Below, one piece after another: positions 1 to 8,519 of a stretch of DNA of 64,000 nt. The position numbers were made by a program, and so were the translations under genes. The stretch is from the NCBI GenBank assembly GCA_018401435.1, contig JAGYJW010000007.1:86615-150614 (forward strand), in the 5' to 3' direction. How positions within the stretch are numbered: the stretch's first letter is position 1; the number at the start of each line of letters is the position of its first letter. The notes beneath the pieces are model-generated. The model was not told the DNA's origin, did no database searches, and was given only the letters and a program-made list of their open reading frames with translations. Source of the stretch: Deltaproteobacteria bacterium. Lineage in GTDB: Bacteria > Myxococcota_A > UBA796 > UBA2385.

Positions 1-2
1 CC

Positions 3-167
3 CGCGTGATCGCCATCGACAACGGCCAGACCCACGCCCTGCTCATCCCCTCCGACGCCCTGCCCCAGGGCCGCTACGCGCTGGTCGGCAAGAAGGACAA
101 GCGCGCTTTCATCCTGGACTTTGGTGAGGGGTCCGGCGCCGATGTGGCCGCCGCGCCCCTGGACTGA
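3..167 (+). CDS. 3' end of a hypothetical protein (truncated by the window edge)
   Basis: Open frame from position 3 (RVIAIDNGQTHALLIP...AAPLD) to TGA at 165-167 with GC3-rich codons. Confidence 0.6.
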   Translation, partial: RVIAIDNGQTHALLIPSDALPQGRYALVGKKDKRAFILDFGEGSGADVAAAPLD

Positions 168-173
168 TTTCCG

Positions 174-519
174 TCAGGGCGCCGCTTCAGGCGCCGCCTC
201 CGGCAGCCCCTCTGGGGCGGCCGGGGCCTCGACCGGCAGGGCCTCTGCGGCCGGGATCTCGGCAGGCGGGACCTCGGTGGCCGGAGCCTCTATCGGGGCG
301 TCTCTGGGCTGGATCTGCGGCTGGATCTGCGGCTGGATCTGCGGCTGGATCTGCGGCTGGATCCGCGGCCGGCGCTTGCACCGCCGGCGCGGCGTCTTTG
401 GGGGGCATCAGGTGGGCGGGCGCCTTGGGGGGCGGCGCCGGCTGATCGAGGGGCGGGCTGCCCGAGCAGGACAGGATCATCCACGTGCTGGCGCAGAGCA
501 GCATTTTCAGGCGGGGCAT
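174..519 (-). CDS. Pro/Ala/Glu-rich putative lipoprotein, apparently frameshifted near 303
   Basis: MPRLKMLLCASTWMILSC signal-like start and (ADPA)n repeat. A shifted frame continues DAPIEAPATEVPPAE...EAAP to TGA at 174-176. Confidence 0.5.
307..366. repeat. 12-bp tandem repeat (GGCTGGATCTGC) x5, encoding ADPA repeats on the minus strand
   Basis: Directly visible; the last unit has one mismatch. Confidence 0.95.
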
Positions 520-609
520 GGACCTTCCCAGGAGCATTCCCCCTCCCACTATCCGTTCTGCGCGCCCGGCTCCACGGCGGGGGCGGCTTGGACTGGATAG
601 GGCGGCGCC

Positions 610-1323
610 ATGAACATCCTCATCACCGGTGCATCCCGGGGCATCGGGCGGGCCGTGGCCGCTCGTCTCGCCCGTCCTGGCGGCCGTGTCGTCGTCAACT
701 ACCTGCAGAATCGGGCCGCCGCCGAAGAGACGGCGGCGTTGGTGCGCGCGGCGGGGGCCGAGGCCTTGCTGATGCAAGGCGATGTGCGCAATGTCGATGA
801 TCTCAAGGCCCTGGCGGGCGCCTTGGATTCGGTGGACGTGCTGGTGCACAACGCCGCCGTGGGCGCGCTGAAGCCCTTTGACAAGATGCGGCTGTCCCAC
901 TGGGATCTCACCCTGGAGAGCAGCCTGCGCCCCTTCTGGATGCTCACCAAGCTGGCGCCCCTGGCCGATGGCGCAAGTGTGATCGGCATCTCCTCCATGG
1001 GCAGCCAGCGCTTCATCCCCGGCTATGCCGCCATGGGCGCCGCAAAGGGCGGGCTGGAGGCCCTCACCCGGCAGCTGGCGGTGGAGCTGTCCCCCCGCCG
1101 CATCCGCGTGAACACCGTCTGCGGCGGCCTGATCGAGACCGACAGCCTGCGCTACCTGCCCGAGGGCGCAAAGATGCTCGAGTTCGCCGAGCAGTTCACC
1201 CCGCTTGGCCGGGTGGGCCGGCCCGACGACATCGCCCGCGCGGTGGCACTGCTCGTGAATGAAGACGCAGCGTGGATCACCGGCCAGGTCCTGGTGGCCG
1301 ATGGCGGGCTGTCCCTGCTCTGA
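610..1323 (+). CDS. SDR oxidoreductase, FabL-like enoyl-ACP reductase type
   Basis: TGASRGIG Rossmann motif, HNAA, Y-x6-K (YAAMGAAK), EALTRQLAVEL and C-terminal ITGQVLVADGG. Confidence 0.8.
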   Translation: MNILITGASRGIGRAVAARLARPGGRVVVNYLQNRAAAEETAALVRAAGAEALLMQGDVRNVDDLKALAGALDSVDVLVHNAAVGALKPFDKMRLSHWDLTLESSLRPFWMLTKLAPLADGASVIGISSMGSQRFIPGYAAMGAAKGGLEALTRQLAVELSPRRIRVNTVCGGLIETDSLRYLPEGAKMLEFAEQFTPLGRVGRPDDIARAVALLVNEDAAWITGQVLVADGGLSLL

Positions 1324-1409
1324 TTGCAGGGGAGCGTCGCCCCCGCGCCCGGCCCATGAAACAATGGGCGCCACCCGCGCGTCCACCCCGCGCCCAGCCC
1401 GGAGCCCCC

Positions 1410-1973
1410 ATGTCCGATCCCGATGCCTCGGAGCGCCGCAGCCCCTTCGACAGCTTCCGCATCGAGGTGGACCCCGAACAGATCGACGAGTCGGTCAAGC
1501 GCCTGACCGAAAAGGTGCGCACCTTCGTCGAACACGGCCGCTACACCAAGGTGCGCATCAAGTACAAGGGCCGGCCCATCCTGCGCGACATCCCCCTGGG
1601 GGTCTTCCTGGCCACCGAGGCGGTCACCTTCTGGTATGCCGGCCTGCTCAAGGCCCTGGTGGTCAACCTGGGGGCCCGGACCTTCATCGAGGTGGAGTTC
1701 ATCCACGAGGCCGACGAGAAGGTGCGCGAGGGCATCGATCTCTTCATGGCGGGTGAGGTGGAGGCCGCCGAGGCCGTCTACCGCGAGGCCCTGCGCATGA
1801 AGGCCGACGATCCCGCCGCCCTCTACAACCTGGGCATCTTGCTGCGGGTGACCGGCCGCCGCAAAGAGGCGATGGAGTGCCTGGAGAAGGCCGCCGCCGA
1901 CGAGGGCTTCGTCGATCGCGAGAAGGCGCGCGAGGCGCTGGACAAGATGAGGCGCGGCCCCCGCAACCTCTGA
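1410..1973 (+). CDS. DUF4342-like domain plus C-terminal TPR protein
   Basis: GGAG RBS before ATG 1410. N-terminal KVRIKYKGRPILRDIPL resembles DUF4342; TPR-like AVYREAL...ALYNLGILL...EAMECLEKA. Confidence 0.65.
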   Translation: MSDPDASERRSPFDSFRIEVDPEQIDESVKRLTEKVRTFVEHGRYTKVRIKYKGRPILRDIPLGVFLATEAVTFWYAGLLKALVVNLGARTFIEVEFIHEADEKVREGIDLFMAGEVEAAEAVYREALRMKADDPAALYNLGILLRVTGRRKEAMECLEKAAADEGFVDREKAREALDKMRRGPRNL

Positions 1974-1997
1974 CGGGCGGCGGGCTATCCTGGCCCC

Positions 1998-3434
1998 ATG
2001 CGCCCTGGCTGCCCCCGTCCTGCCTTCGCCCTCGCCCTGGGGATGGGGGCGATCGCCTGTGGGCCCGCCCCCTGCCTGCCCGCCGACGCGGTGGAGATCA
2101 GCGTGGCCTCGGGCACCCGCCCGGAGCTGAAGGCCGAGGTGGCCGCCGGCATCGCGGCCTACCGACGCTGGAGCGGCCAGCCCGCGCCCTGTCTGCGCTC
2201 CTTGACGGTGGAGTCCGAGCTGTGGGTGGCCGGCCTGCCCGCCGAAGGGCAGCTGATCGCCAGCGAGCGGCGGCTGCGCATTGGACCCACCACCGAAGAC
2301 GGCGCCCAGGTCACCCTGCACGAGCTCTGTCACCTCTGGGATGCCGATGCGGGCCGGCCTTCCGAAGACGCGACGCTGGGGGCGCGCTTGCCCCCGCTTC
2401 CGGAGAATCCGGCCTACCCCGGTCACTTTGACCGCAGACACGAGTCCTTTGCCCGTCTCTGCGCGATGGGGCCGGTCGATCCAGCCCTGGCCGGGGCCCG
2501 CCCGGACTGCGGCGACGCCGATCCTGCGCTGCTGGCCGAGATCGGCGCCCGGGTGTGGCCGGCGACCGCACCGGCCCTGCGGACCCTATCCGTGGAGAGG
2601 GTGGTTGAAGCGCAGGCGGTCCCCCTGGCGCCCCTGCTGGCCGGTGCCAGCCTGTTGCGGGCGGCCCCCTGCGGCGATCGTCTCTGCGCCCTGGTGCTGG
2701 GGGCCAGCCCCGACCTCTTGACCGAGGGCAGCTTCCCGGCACCTTGGGATCGCCTGGCCCTGGCCCTGCTGGTGATCGATCCTGCGGGGCCGACCCTGCT
2801 CCGGGGCCTGCCCGTGCCCCGCCGCGACGAGGCGGGCTGGTCCTTGTGGGGCGGGCCCGAGGGGGTGCTGCTGGTGGAGGCTGGCGAAGGCACCCGGGCC
2901 TGGTGGTTGCCCCGCCGAGGGGGCGCGCCCCAGGCCCGGTCGCTGCCCGCCTGCCGCCCGGGGCCAGCGTGGACGGGCGGGCCCGGGCCGCCGAGGCCTG
3001 GGTGGAGAGGCCCCTGGGCGCCGGTGCTCCATCGTGGTGAGATTGGGCACCTGGACCTCACTCACGGGGCGCTCACGCCCCTGGAGGATCGCCGGCTGCC
3101 AGAGTGGGGTCCCGGCGGCCTCCTGCGGAGCACCGCCTTGCCGCCCCACAGCCCGCCCCAGAGCCTCGCCTTGCAAGGTCCCGACGGCCCGCTGCTGTTG
3201 GCGCCCGGTCGGGGCACAAGCGCTGCGATTCCTCTCGAAAATGAAGAGCTGGCGCTTTTTGTCGAGGGGGTTGGCTGGTTGCGCCGCCGGGCCTCGGGGG
3301 ACTGGCTGCGGGCTGCGGGCCCCTGCCTGGGACCGCAGCTGCCAGGCCCGGTGCTGTCCATCGGTGGGGGCCTCTGGACGGTGGAGGGGGGGCCCCGGGC
3401 CCCCGTGCTGCGCCCGCTGCCCCTGCCCGGCTGA
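1998..3434 (+). CDS. Hypothetical lipoprotein with HExxH zincin-like motif
   Basis: Lipobox-like GAIAC and VTLHELCHLWD motif. The C-terminal half may contain compensating frameshifts. Confidence 0.5.
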   Translation: MRPGCPRPAFALALGMGAIACGPAPCLPADAVEISVASGTRPELKAEVAAGIAAYRRWSGQPAPCLRSLTVESELWVAGLPAEGQLIASERRLRIGPTTEDGAQVTLHELCHLWDADAGRPSEDATLGARLPPLPENPAYPGHFDRRHESFARLCAMGPVDPALAGARPDCGDADPALLAEIGARVWPATAPALRTLSVERVVEAQAVPLAPLLAGASLLRAAPCGDRLCALVLGASPDLLTEGSFPAPWDRLALALLVIDPAGPTLLRGLPVPRRDEAGWSLWGGPEGVLLVEAGEGTRAWWLPRRGGAPQARSLPACRPGPAWTGGPGPPRPGWRGPWAPVLHRGEIGHLDLTHGALTPLEDRRLPEWGPGGLLRSTALPPHSPPQSLALQGPDGPLLLAPGRGTSAAIPLENEELALFVEGVGWLRRRASGDWLRAAGPCLGPQLPGPVLSIGGGLWTVEGGPRAPVLRPLPLPG

Positions 3435-3475
3435 GGGGCGGCATCCCCTGGGCGATCCAGGGTCTGCGGTCCGGC

Positions 3476-3961
3476 TCAGCTGAAGTTGCACCAGTCATAG
3501 AGCAGGTCGGGGGCCGGCTCGAAGTCCTCGCTGGCGTAAAGCTGCTGGGCGACGTGGTTGTCGGCCCGCACATGCAGGTAGATATAGCAGCAGTCCAGGC
3601 GGGCGCCGACCGCTTTGACCCCAGCCACCAGGGCCCGCGCGAGGCCGCGGCCCCGGGCGGCGGGGCTGACATAGAGGTCGTCGATGCACAGCTGAACCCC
3701 GTCTTCTGCGGGGGCGCACATGCGTTGCACCATCACGAAAGCAAGCACGAAGCCTTCATCTTCGATGAGCAGCGTAAAGGCGGGACCCGGCCAGGCCAGG
3801 AAGCGGCAGATGCCGGCCTGCAGGCGCGGGGGTTGGCTGGCCCACTCGGCGGCGCCCAGCTCGGCCACCAGCCGGGCCACCGCCGGACCATCCGCCGGCC
3901 GCCCCAGGCGCAGGGCCGGGTGCAGCCGCGCCAGCAGCGGATCCTCTGCCGCAGGGTCCAA
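3476..3961 (-). CDS. GNAT family N-acetyltransferase
   Basis: IDDLYVSPAARGRGLARAL acetyl-CoA motif A and DNHVAQQLY. Confidence 0.85.
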   Translation of the reverse strand: MDPAAEDPLLARLHPALRLGRPADGPAVARLVAELGAAEWASQPPRLQAGICRFLAWPGPAFTLLIEDEGFVLAFVMVQRMCAPAEDGVQLCIDDLYVSPAARGRGLARALVAGVKAVGARLDCCYIYLHVRADNHVAQQLYASEDFEPAPDLLYDWCNFS

Positions 3962-4071
3962 GGGGCGCAGCCAGGGCGGGGGCAGGTGGGGGTCCAGCGC
4001 GGCCTCTGGGGGGACGGGACGGTCGAGGCTCTATCTGCCGTGATAGCCCCAGGTCCAGCCCTGGAGTCTCC

Positions 4072-4863
4072 GTGTCCGACCGCAGCAGCCTCTCTGACAA
4101 GCACGCCCTCGTCTGCGGCGCCAGCGCCGGCATCGGCCGGGCGACCGCCCTGGCCCTGGCTGCCCAGGGCGCACGGGTCACCGTCCTGGCCCGGCGCGCC
4201 GATCGCCTGGAGGCCCTCATCCCCGCCCTCCTGGACGCGGGGGCGGCCAGCGCCCGGGCCCTCACCGCGGACCTCGATGATCGCGCCGACCTCGCCCAAC
4301 GCATCGAGAGCCTGCTGGCCCTGGCCGGCCCGGTGCACATCCTCATCAACAATGCCGGCGGCCCCCCCGGCGGCCCCTTGCTGCAGGCCACCGAAGAGGC
4401 CTTGCTGACCGCCTTGGGACGCCACCTGCTGGCCAGCCACCTGCTCGCCCAGAAGCTCGTCCCCGGCATGGTAGAGGCCGGCTGGGGCCGCATCGTCAAC
4501 ATCATCAGCACCTCGGTCTATGAGCCCATCGCGGGCCTGGGGGTGAGCAATACCACCCGCGGCGCCATGGCCTCCTGGGCCAAGTCCCTGGCCAACGAGC
4601 TGCCCCCGGGCGTCACCATCAACAATGTGCTGCCGGGCTTCACCGACACCGAGCGCCTGTCCTCCCTGGCCGAGGCCCGGGCGACCAGCGCCGGCAGCAC
4701 CGCCGACGCGATTCGTGCCGACTGGCTGGCGGGCGTCCCCGAGGGTCGCTTGATTCGCGCCGAAGAGACGGCCGCGGCCGTGGCCTTCCTCGTGTCTCCA
4801 GCAGCCGGTGCCATCCGCGGCGTGAGCCTGCAGGTGGACGGCGGCCGCATGCGCAGCATCTGA
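4072..4863 (+). CDS. SDR oxidoreductase of the type found with kynurenine/2-aminomuconate catabolic genes
   Basis: CGASAGIG, NNAGGPPGG, ISTSVYEPIAGLGVSNTTR (no classical YxxxK), NNVLPGFT, VDGGRMRSI. Confidence 0.8.
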   Translation: MSDRSSLSDKHALVCGASAGIGRATALALAAQGARVTVLARRADRLEALIPALLDAGAASARALTADLDDRADLAQRIESLLALAGPVHILINNAGGPPGGPLLQATEEALLTALGRHLLASHLLAQKLVPGMVEAGWGRIVNIISTSVYEPIAGLGVSNTTRGAMASWAKSLANELPPGVTINNVLPGFTDTERLSSLAEARATSAGSTADAIRADWLAGVPEGRLIRAEETAAAVAFLVSPAAGAIRGVSLQVDGGRMRSI

Positions 4864-4889
4864 CAGCAGCATCTCCCCCAGGGGGCCCC

Positions 4890-6128
4890 ATGGACTACGA
4901 CGTCTTCTTCTCCATCAGCCAGACGCCGGTGGACGGCCGCACCCCAAGCGAAGCGGAGATGTTCCGCAACTTCTTCGACCAGGTGAAGGCAGCGGACGCC
5001 CTGGGCTACGACACGGCCTGGGTGGCCCAGAGCCACCTGTCCACCCAGGTGCAGAAGGCCCACGACCACCCCGTCGTGCCCCACTGGCAGGGGGAGATCG
5101 GCCTCAACAACGACATCTATCAGCTGGCCCACAAGGTGTTCTCCTGCACCCGTCGCATCGAGGTGGGCAGCGCGGTCAGCAATATCGTCTGTGCGGGCGG
5201 GCCCATGGCCCACGCCGAGCGGGTGGCGGCATTCGCGTCTCTACATGGCATGGACCCGACCGAATTCCGGCGCCTGCGCATCGGCTTCTCTGCCGGTCGC
5301 TTCGAGTTCATGAACCGCGCCTATGGGGTGGTGCCGCGGGATGCCGTCGAGGCCGCCGCCTGGCCGGCCCTGCGGGGGCAGGTCTTTGCCGAGGCCTGTG
5401 AGCTCTTCTTGCGCCTGCTCCGGGGCGATGTGTTGGCCTCCTCCGACCTCATGCCCACGGTGCTCACCCGGGACCTCTTCCGATCGGATGCAGACTGGGA
5501 GAAGGTGACCCAGGCCGCCCGGCAGGCCGGGCGCTTGCAGGGCGACACCGTGCCCATTCCCAGCCGCTGGTCCTTTGATGTGTTGCAGGTCATCCCCAAG
5601 GACTGGCGCCGCGAGCTGGTGGACCTGGTGATCGGCAGCCACGACCCCGTCCTGCAAGAGCGGGTCAACCAGTGGATGCCCGTCAAGGTCTTCAACCTCA
5701 GCATCACCCAACCCAAGGTGATCGACGAGACGCACGCGCGCATGGCGCGGGCCTACCACCCCGATGGCGGCCCCTGGAAGCGCGCCCACATGCCGCGCAC
5801 CGTCATGGTCTTCCTCAATGACGAGGCCGGCCTGACCCCCGCCAGCCGCAGCGCAGCGGCCCAGGTCGAGGCCCAGGCGGCCCTGGGCGCCTACTGGACC
5901 GCGCTCGAGGGCACCCTGGACCCCAAGAAGGTCGAGCGCGCCGCCGACAACGCCGTCATCGGCAACGCCGACGAGGTGGCGGAACAGATCGCCGCGCGCT
6001 TCCACCCCGACGATGTGCTGATGCTCTGGTTCGACTTCTTCAACCACGACAGCGACCGGGTGATCCGCAATATGCGGGCATTCAAAGAGAAGGTTGAGCC
6101 TATCGTATCCGAGCGGGTGGGCCGATGA
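4890..6128 (+). CDS. Luciferase-like (LLM class) flavin-dependent monooxygenase
   Basis: QVKAADALGYDTAWVAQSH, TRRIEVGSAV, RLRIGFSAG and IGNADEVAEQI match the LLM fold pattern. ATGA overlap with the next gene. Confidence 0.8.
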   Translation: MDYDVFFSISQTPVDGRTPSEAEMFRNFFDQVKAADALGYDTAWVAQSHLSTQVQKAHDHPVVPHWQGEIGLNNDIYQLAHKVFSCTRRIEVGSAVSNIVCAGGPMAHAERVAAFASLHGMDPTEFRRLRIGFSAGRFEFMNRAYGVVPRDAVEAAAWPALRGQVFAEACELFLRLLRGDVLASSDLMPTVLTRDLFRSDADWEKVTQAARQAGRLQGDTVPIPSRWSFDVLQVIPKDWRRELVDLVIGSHDPVLQERVNQWMPVKVFNLSITQPKVIDETHARMARAYHPDGGPWKRAHMPRTVMVFLNDEAGLTPASRSAAAQVEAQAALGAYWTALEGTLDPKKVERAADNAVIGNADEVAEQIAARFHPDDVLMLWFDFFNHDSDRVIRNMRAFKEKVEPIVSERVGR

Positions 6129-7264
6129 GCGCGCGGGGCCCCACCGGCTGGACCGGTCCGGGTGGGCGCATCTTCCCCCGCAGCCCCCTGGGCGAGCAGG
6201 AGGCGGGCATTCCCACCGGGCGGGACGTGCCTTGGGAGCCCCTGGTGGACTACCGGCGCTCCGGCGTCAGCGAGACCACCATCCACGGGGCGGTGGCCTG
6301 GGCCCACGGCGGCGAGGTGGTGCACGCCTTTGGCGGCAATGTGCTCTGTTATGGCCGGTCGATGATGAAGCCCTTGATGATCAAGGTCTTCGTCGATCTG
6401 CTCGATGATCTCAGCTGGGAGCAGCGGGCGATCAGCGTGGCCAGCCACAATGGCACGCCCGAACATGTCGCCGCCGCCCAGAGCATCCTGATGCCCGATG
6501 AGTGGGGCCTGATGCAGACCCCCCTGGACGTGCCCCTGGTGCAATTCGGCCGTCAGGTACGCCGCCCGCGGCGCTGGTACCACTGCTGTTCTGGAGAGCA
6601 CGCCGCCATCCTCTTGGGTTGTCGCAGAAAGGGGTGGTCGCGGGCTGGTTATATGTTGCCCGGTCACCCTTTCTTTGCGGCCTGGATGGACGTGATGCGG
6701 CGGGACCTGGGTGCAGACTGGTCGCCCTTGCGCGTGGCCCGGGACGGCTGTGGCCTGCCCACGGTATCCAGTACGGTGAGCGAGCTTGCGGTGATCTTCA
6801 GCAAGCTCGCCCAGCGCAGAGACGAAGACTGGATCTGGGAGGCCATGACCCGAAACCCCGACCTGGTGGGCGGCTTCAACCGGCTGGACAGCACCATCCT
6901 CAAGGCGGGTGAGGGCCGGGTGCTGGCCAAGGAGGGGGCCGACGGCCTGTTGGGCCTGGCCATCGAGCACCCGGACTACCCCGAGGGCCTGGGGGTGGTC
7001 ATCAAGATTGCCCATGGCTGGAATGCCCAGGCAACCTGGTATATTGCCCGAGGCATCCTGGGCAGCCTGGGCTTCGAGCTGCGCAACCCCTACAAGCTGC
7101 ACCGGCAGAAGGCCTTCCTGGTGCCCGGCGTGGTGCCCGCCGATCGCCTGGCCGCCTTGGAGCAGACCCCCACCTGGGATGCCTGGGACCCCGACATCGA
7201 GCGCTACCAATATGACTGGCGGGCCTATGCGGGCCCGGGGGGCGGCGGGCGCGGCCCCAGCTGA
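6125..7264 (+). CDS. Class 3 (Rhizobium-type, Asparaginase_II) asparaginase-like amidohydrolase with a variant active site
   Basis: RSMMKP, ASHNG, HCCSGEH (canonical NCSGKH), DGCGLP and AKEGADG motifs. Confidence 0.8.
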   Translation: MSARGPTGWTGPGGRIFPRSPLGEQEAGIPTGRDVPWEPLVDYRRSGVSETTIHGAVAWAHGGEVVHAFGGNVLCYGRSMMKPLMIKVFVDLLDDLSWEQRAISVASHNGTPEHVAAAQSILMPDEWGLMQTPLDVPLVQFGRQVRRPRRWYHCCSGEHAAILLGCRRKGWSRAGYMLPGHPFFAAWMDVMRRDLGADWSPLRVARDGCGLPTVSSTVSELAVIFSKLAQRRDEDWIWEAMTRNPDLVGGFNRLDSTILKAGEGRVLAKEGADGLLGLAIEHPDYPEGLGVVIKIAHGWNAQATWYIARGILGSLGFELRNPYKLHRQKAFLVPGVVPADRLAALEQTPTWDAWDPDIERYQYDWRAYAGPGGGGRGPS

Positions 7265-7320
7265 GGGGCCACCTGCGGCAGCATCGCGGCAAGAGCTGGA
7301 GACGACCAAGCGGAGCCAGC

Positions 7321-7764
7321 ATGTCCATCCACGCGTGCTACCCCTATCTGCGCGTCTCGGACGCCCCTGCCGCCATCGCCTTCTATGCGCAGGTCTTTGG
7401 CGCCACGGAGCGCTTTCGCCTGGTGGACCCCAGCGACGGGCGCATCGGCCACGCGGAGCTTGTCTTGGCGCCAGGCATCGTGATCATGCTGTCGGCGGAG
7501 TACCCAGAGATGGGCATGGTCGGCCCCAGCGGCAAGCCCGGCCTGTCCATGCACCTGCATGTGGACGACTGCGACGCCGTCTTCGCGCGGGCCCGGGTCG
7601 CCGGCGCCACCATCCTGCGGCCCCCTGCGGACCCGGTCCACGGGGAACGCAGCGGCAGCTTCGTGGATCCCTTTGGCCACGAGTGGATGGTGGGCCACAG
7701 CATCGAAGAGGTGCCCGAAGAGGCGATGCAGGCCCGCTGGGACGCGCTGGTGAAGGGGGGCTGA
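7321..7764 (+). CDS. VOC/glyoxalase (PhnB-like) family protein
   Basis: PYLRVSDAPAAIAFYAQVFGA, GRIGHAEL and GERSGSFVDPFGHEW. Confidence 0.85.
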   Translation: MSIHACYPYLRVSDAPAAIAFYAQVFGATERFRLVDPSDGRIGHAELVLAPGIVIMLSAEYPEMGMVGPSGKPGLSMHLHVDDCDAVFARARVAGATILRPPADPVHGERSGSFVDPFGHEWMVGHSIEEVPEEAMQARWDALVKGG

Positions 7765-7846
7765 ACGCGCACCGGCGCATGCGGCTCTCGCGCCTCCCCA
7801 AAGCAGGCGGGCGACCGGCGAGGGCAGCGCCGCAAGGGGGGCGGCC

Positions 7847-8443
7847 CTACTCAGTCACCAGGAAGCCTCCGGCGAACCAGGCCCGGTGCGGCCCCTCCAG
7901 GATGAGGCTGTGCACGTCGATCACGTCGCCCGGCGGCAGGGCTCGGACCTGGGCTGGGGCGCTCTGCAGCTGGTCGCCATCCCGCAGCACCAGCATCTGT
8001 CCGTCCGACAGGGCGCCTGCCCGCACCCACTCCCCCGTCTCTGCATCGGCGAAGCGGTGGCTGGGGGTGCTGCTCACCGTCTCGGCACCCGCCTGGATTG
8101 TGATCAGCTCCTTGCCAAAGCTATCCCAACGGAAGGCCACCCGCGCGGGCAGCTGCTGGCCGCTGCTGCGATCCACCGCCCAGACGGTGTCTCCGGTGCC
8201 CAGGTGGTTGATGGGCACATCGCCCTTGGGCGTGGCCACCAGCGTCTCGCCGGGAAAGCAGCGGGGCGGCTGCGGGCTGCCCTCCAGCGCGTCGAGGCTG
8301 AAGGCCAGGGCGCCGGTCGCGCTCTGGGCGGCCATGGCGGCGGCGAGATGGCCCCAGGTGGACCCGGCCGAGGAGGGCGTCCTCGCTGGCGGAGCGGGGT
8401 GGGCGCAGGACAGGCTCAGGAGCAGGATCGGGATCAGGCGCAT
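7847..8443 (-). CDS. Putative lipoprotein with a C-terminal Hint (intein-like/BIL) domain
   Basis: MRLIPILLLSLSC lipobox, CFPGETLVAT (block A), STPSHRF (block B TxxH), WVRAGAL; ends WFAGGFLVTE-stop. Confidence 0.75.
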   Translation of the reverse strand: MRLIPILLLSLSCAHPAPPARTPSSAGSTWGHLAAAMAAQSATGALAFSLDALEGSPQPPRCFPGETLVATPKGDVPINHLGTGDTVWAVDRSSGQQLPARVAFRWDSFGKELITIQAGAETVSSTPSHRFADAETGEWVRAGALSDGQMLVLRDGDQLQSAPAQVRALPPGDVIDVHSLILEGPHRAWFAGGFLVTE

Positions 8444-8519
8444 GAGGCCCTCTACCGGGCCAAGCGGGCGGTGGCCGGTCCGCTGCGGCGTTAGCGGAGC
8501 CCACGGCCCCGGAGCACCC

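Noticed and set aside
307-366. Short tandem repeats here and at 27918 and 63355 as a CRISPR array
   Set aside because: The units are 6-12 bp, contiguous, have no spacers and encode peptide linkers. No cas genes are present.
7847-8260. A true protein-splicing intein or polymorphic toxin
   Set aside because: There is no terminal HN, no C-extein, no endonuclease and no toxin or immunity gene.
6909-8519. 1026-aa ORF as a giant ALDH fusion
   Set aside because: The upstream part overlaps the asparaginase, VOC and Hint genes and reads as shadow sequence. ALDH similarity begins near 8520.
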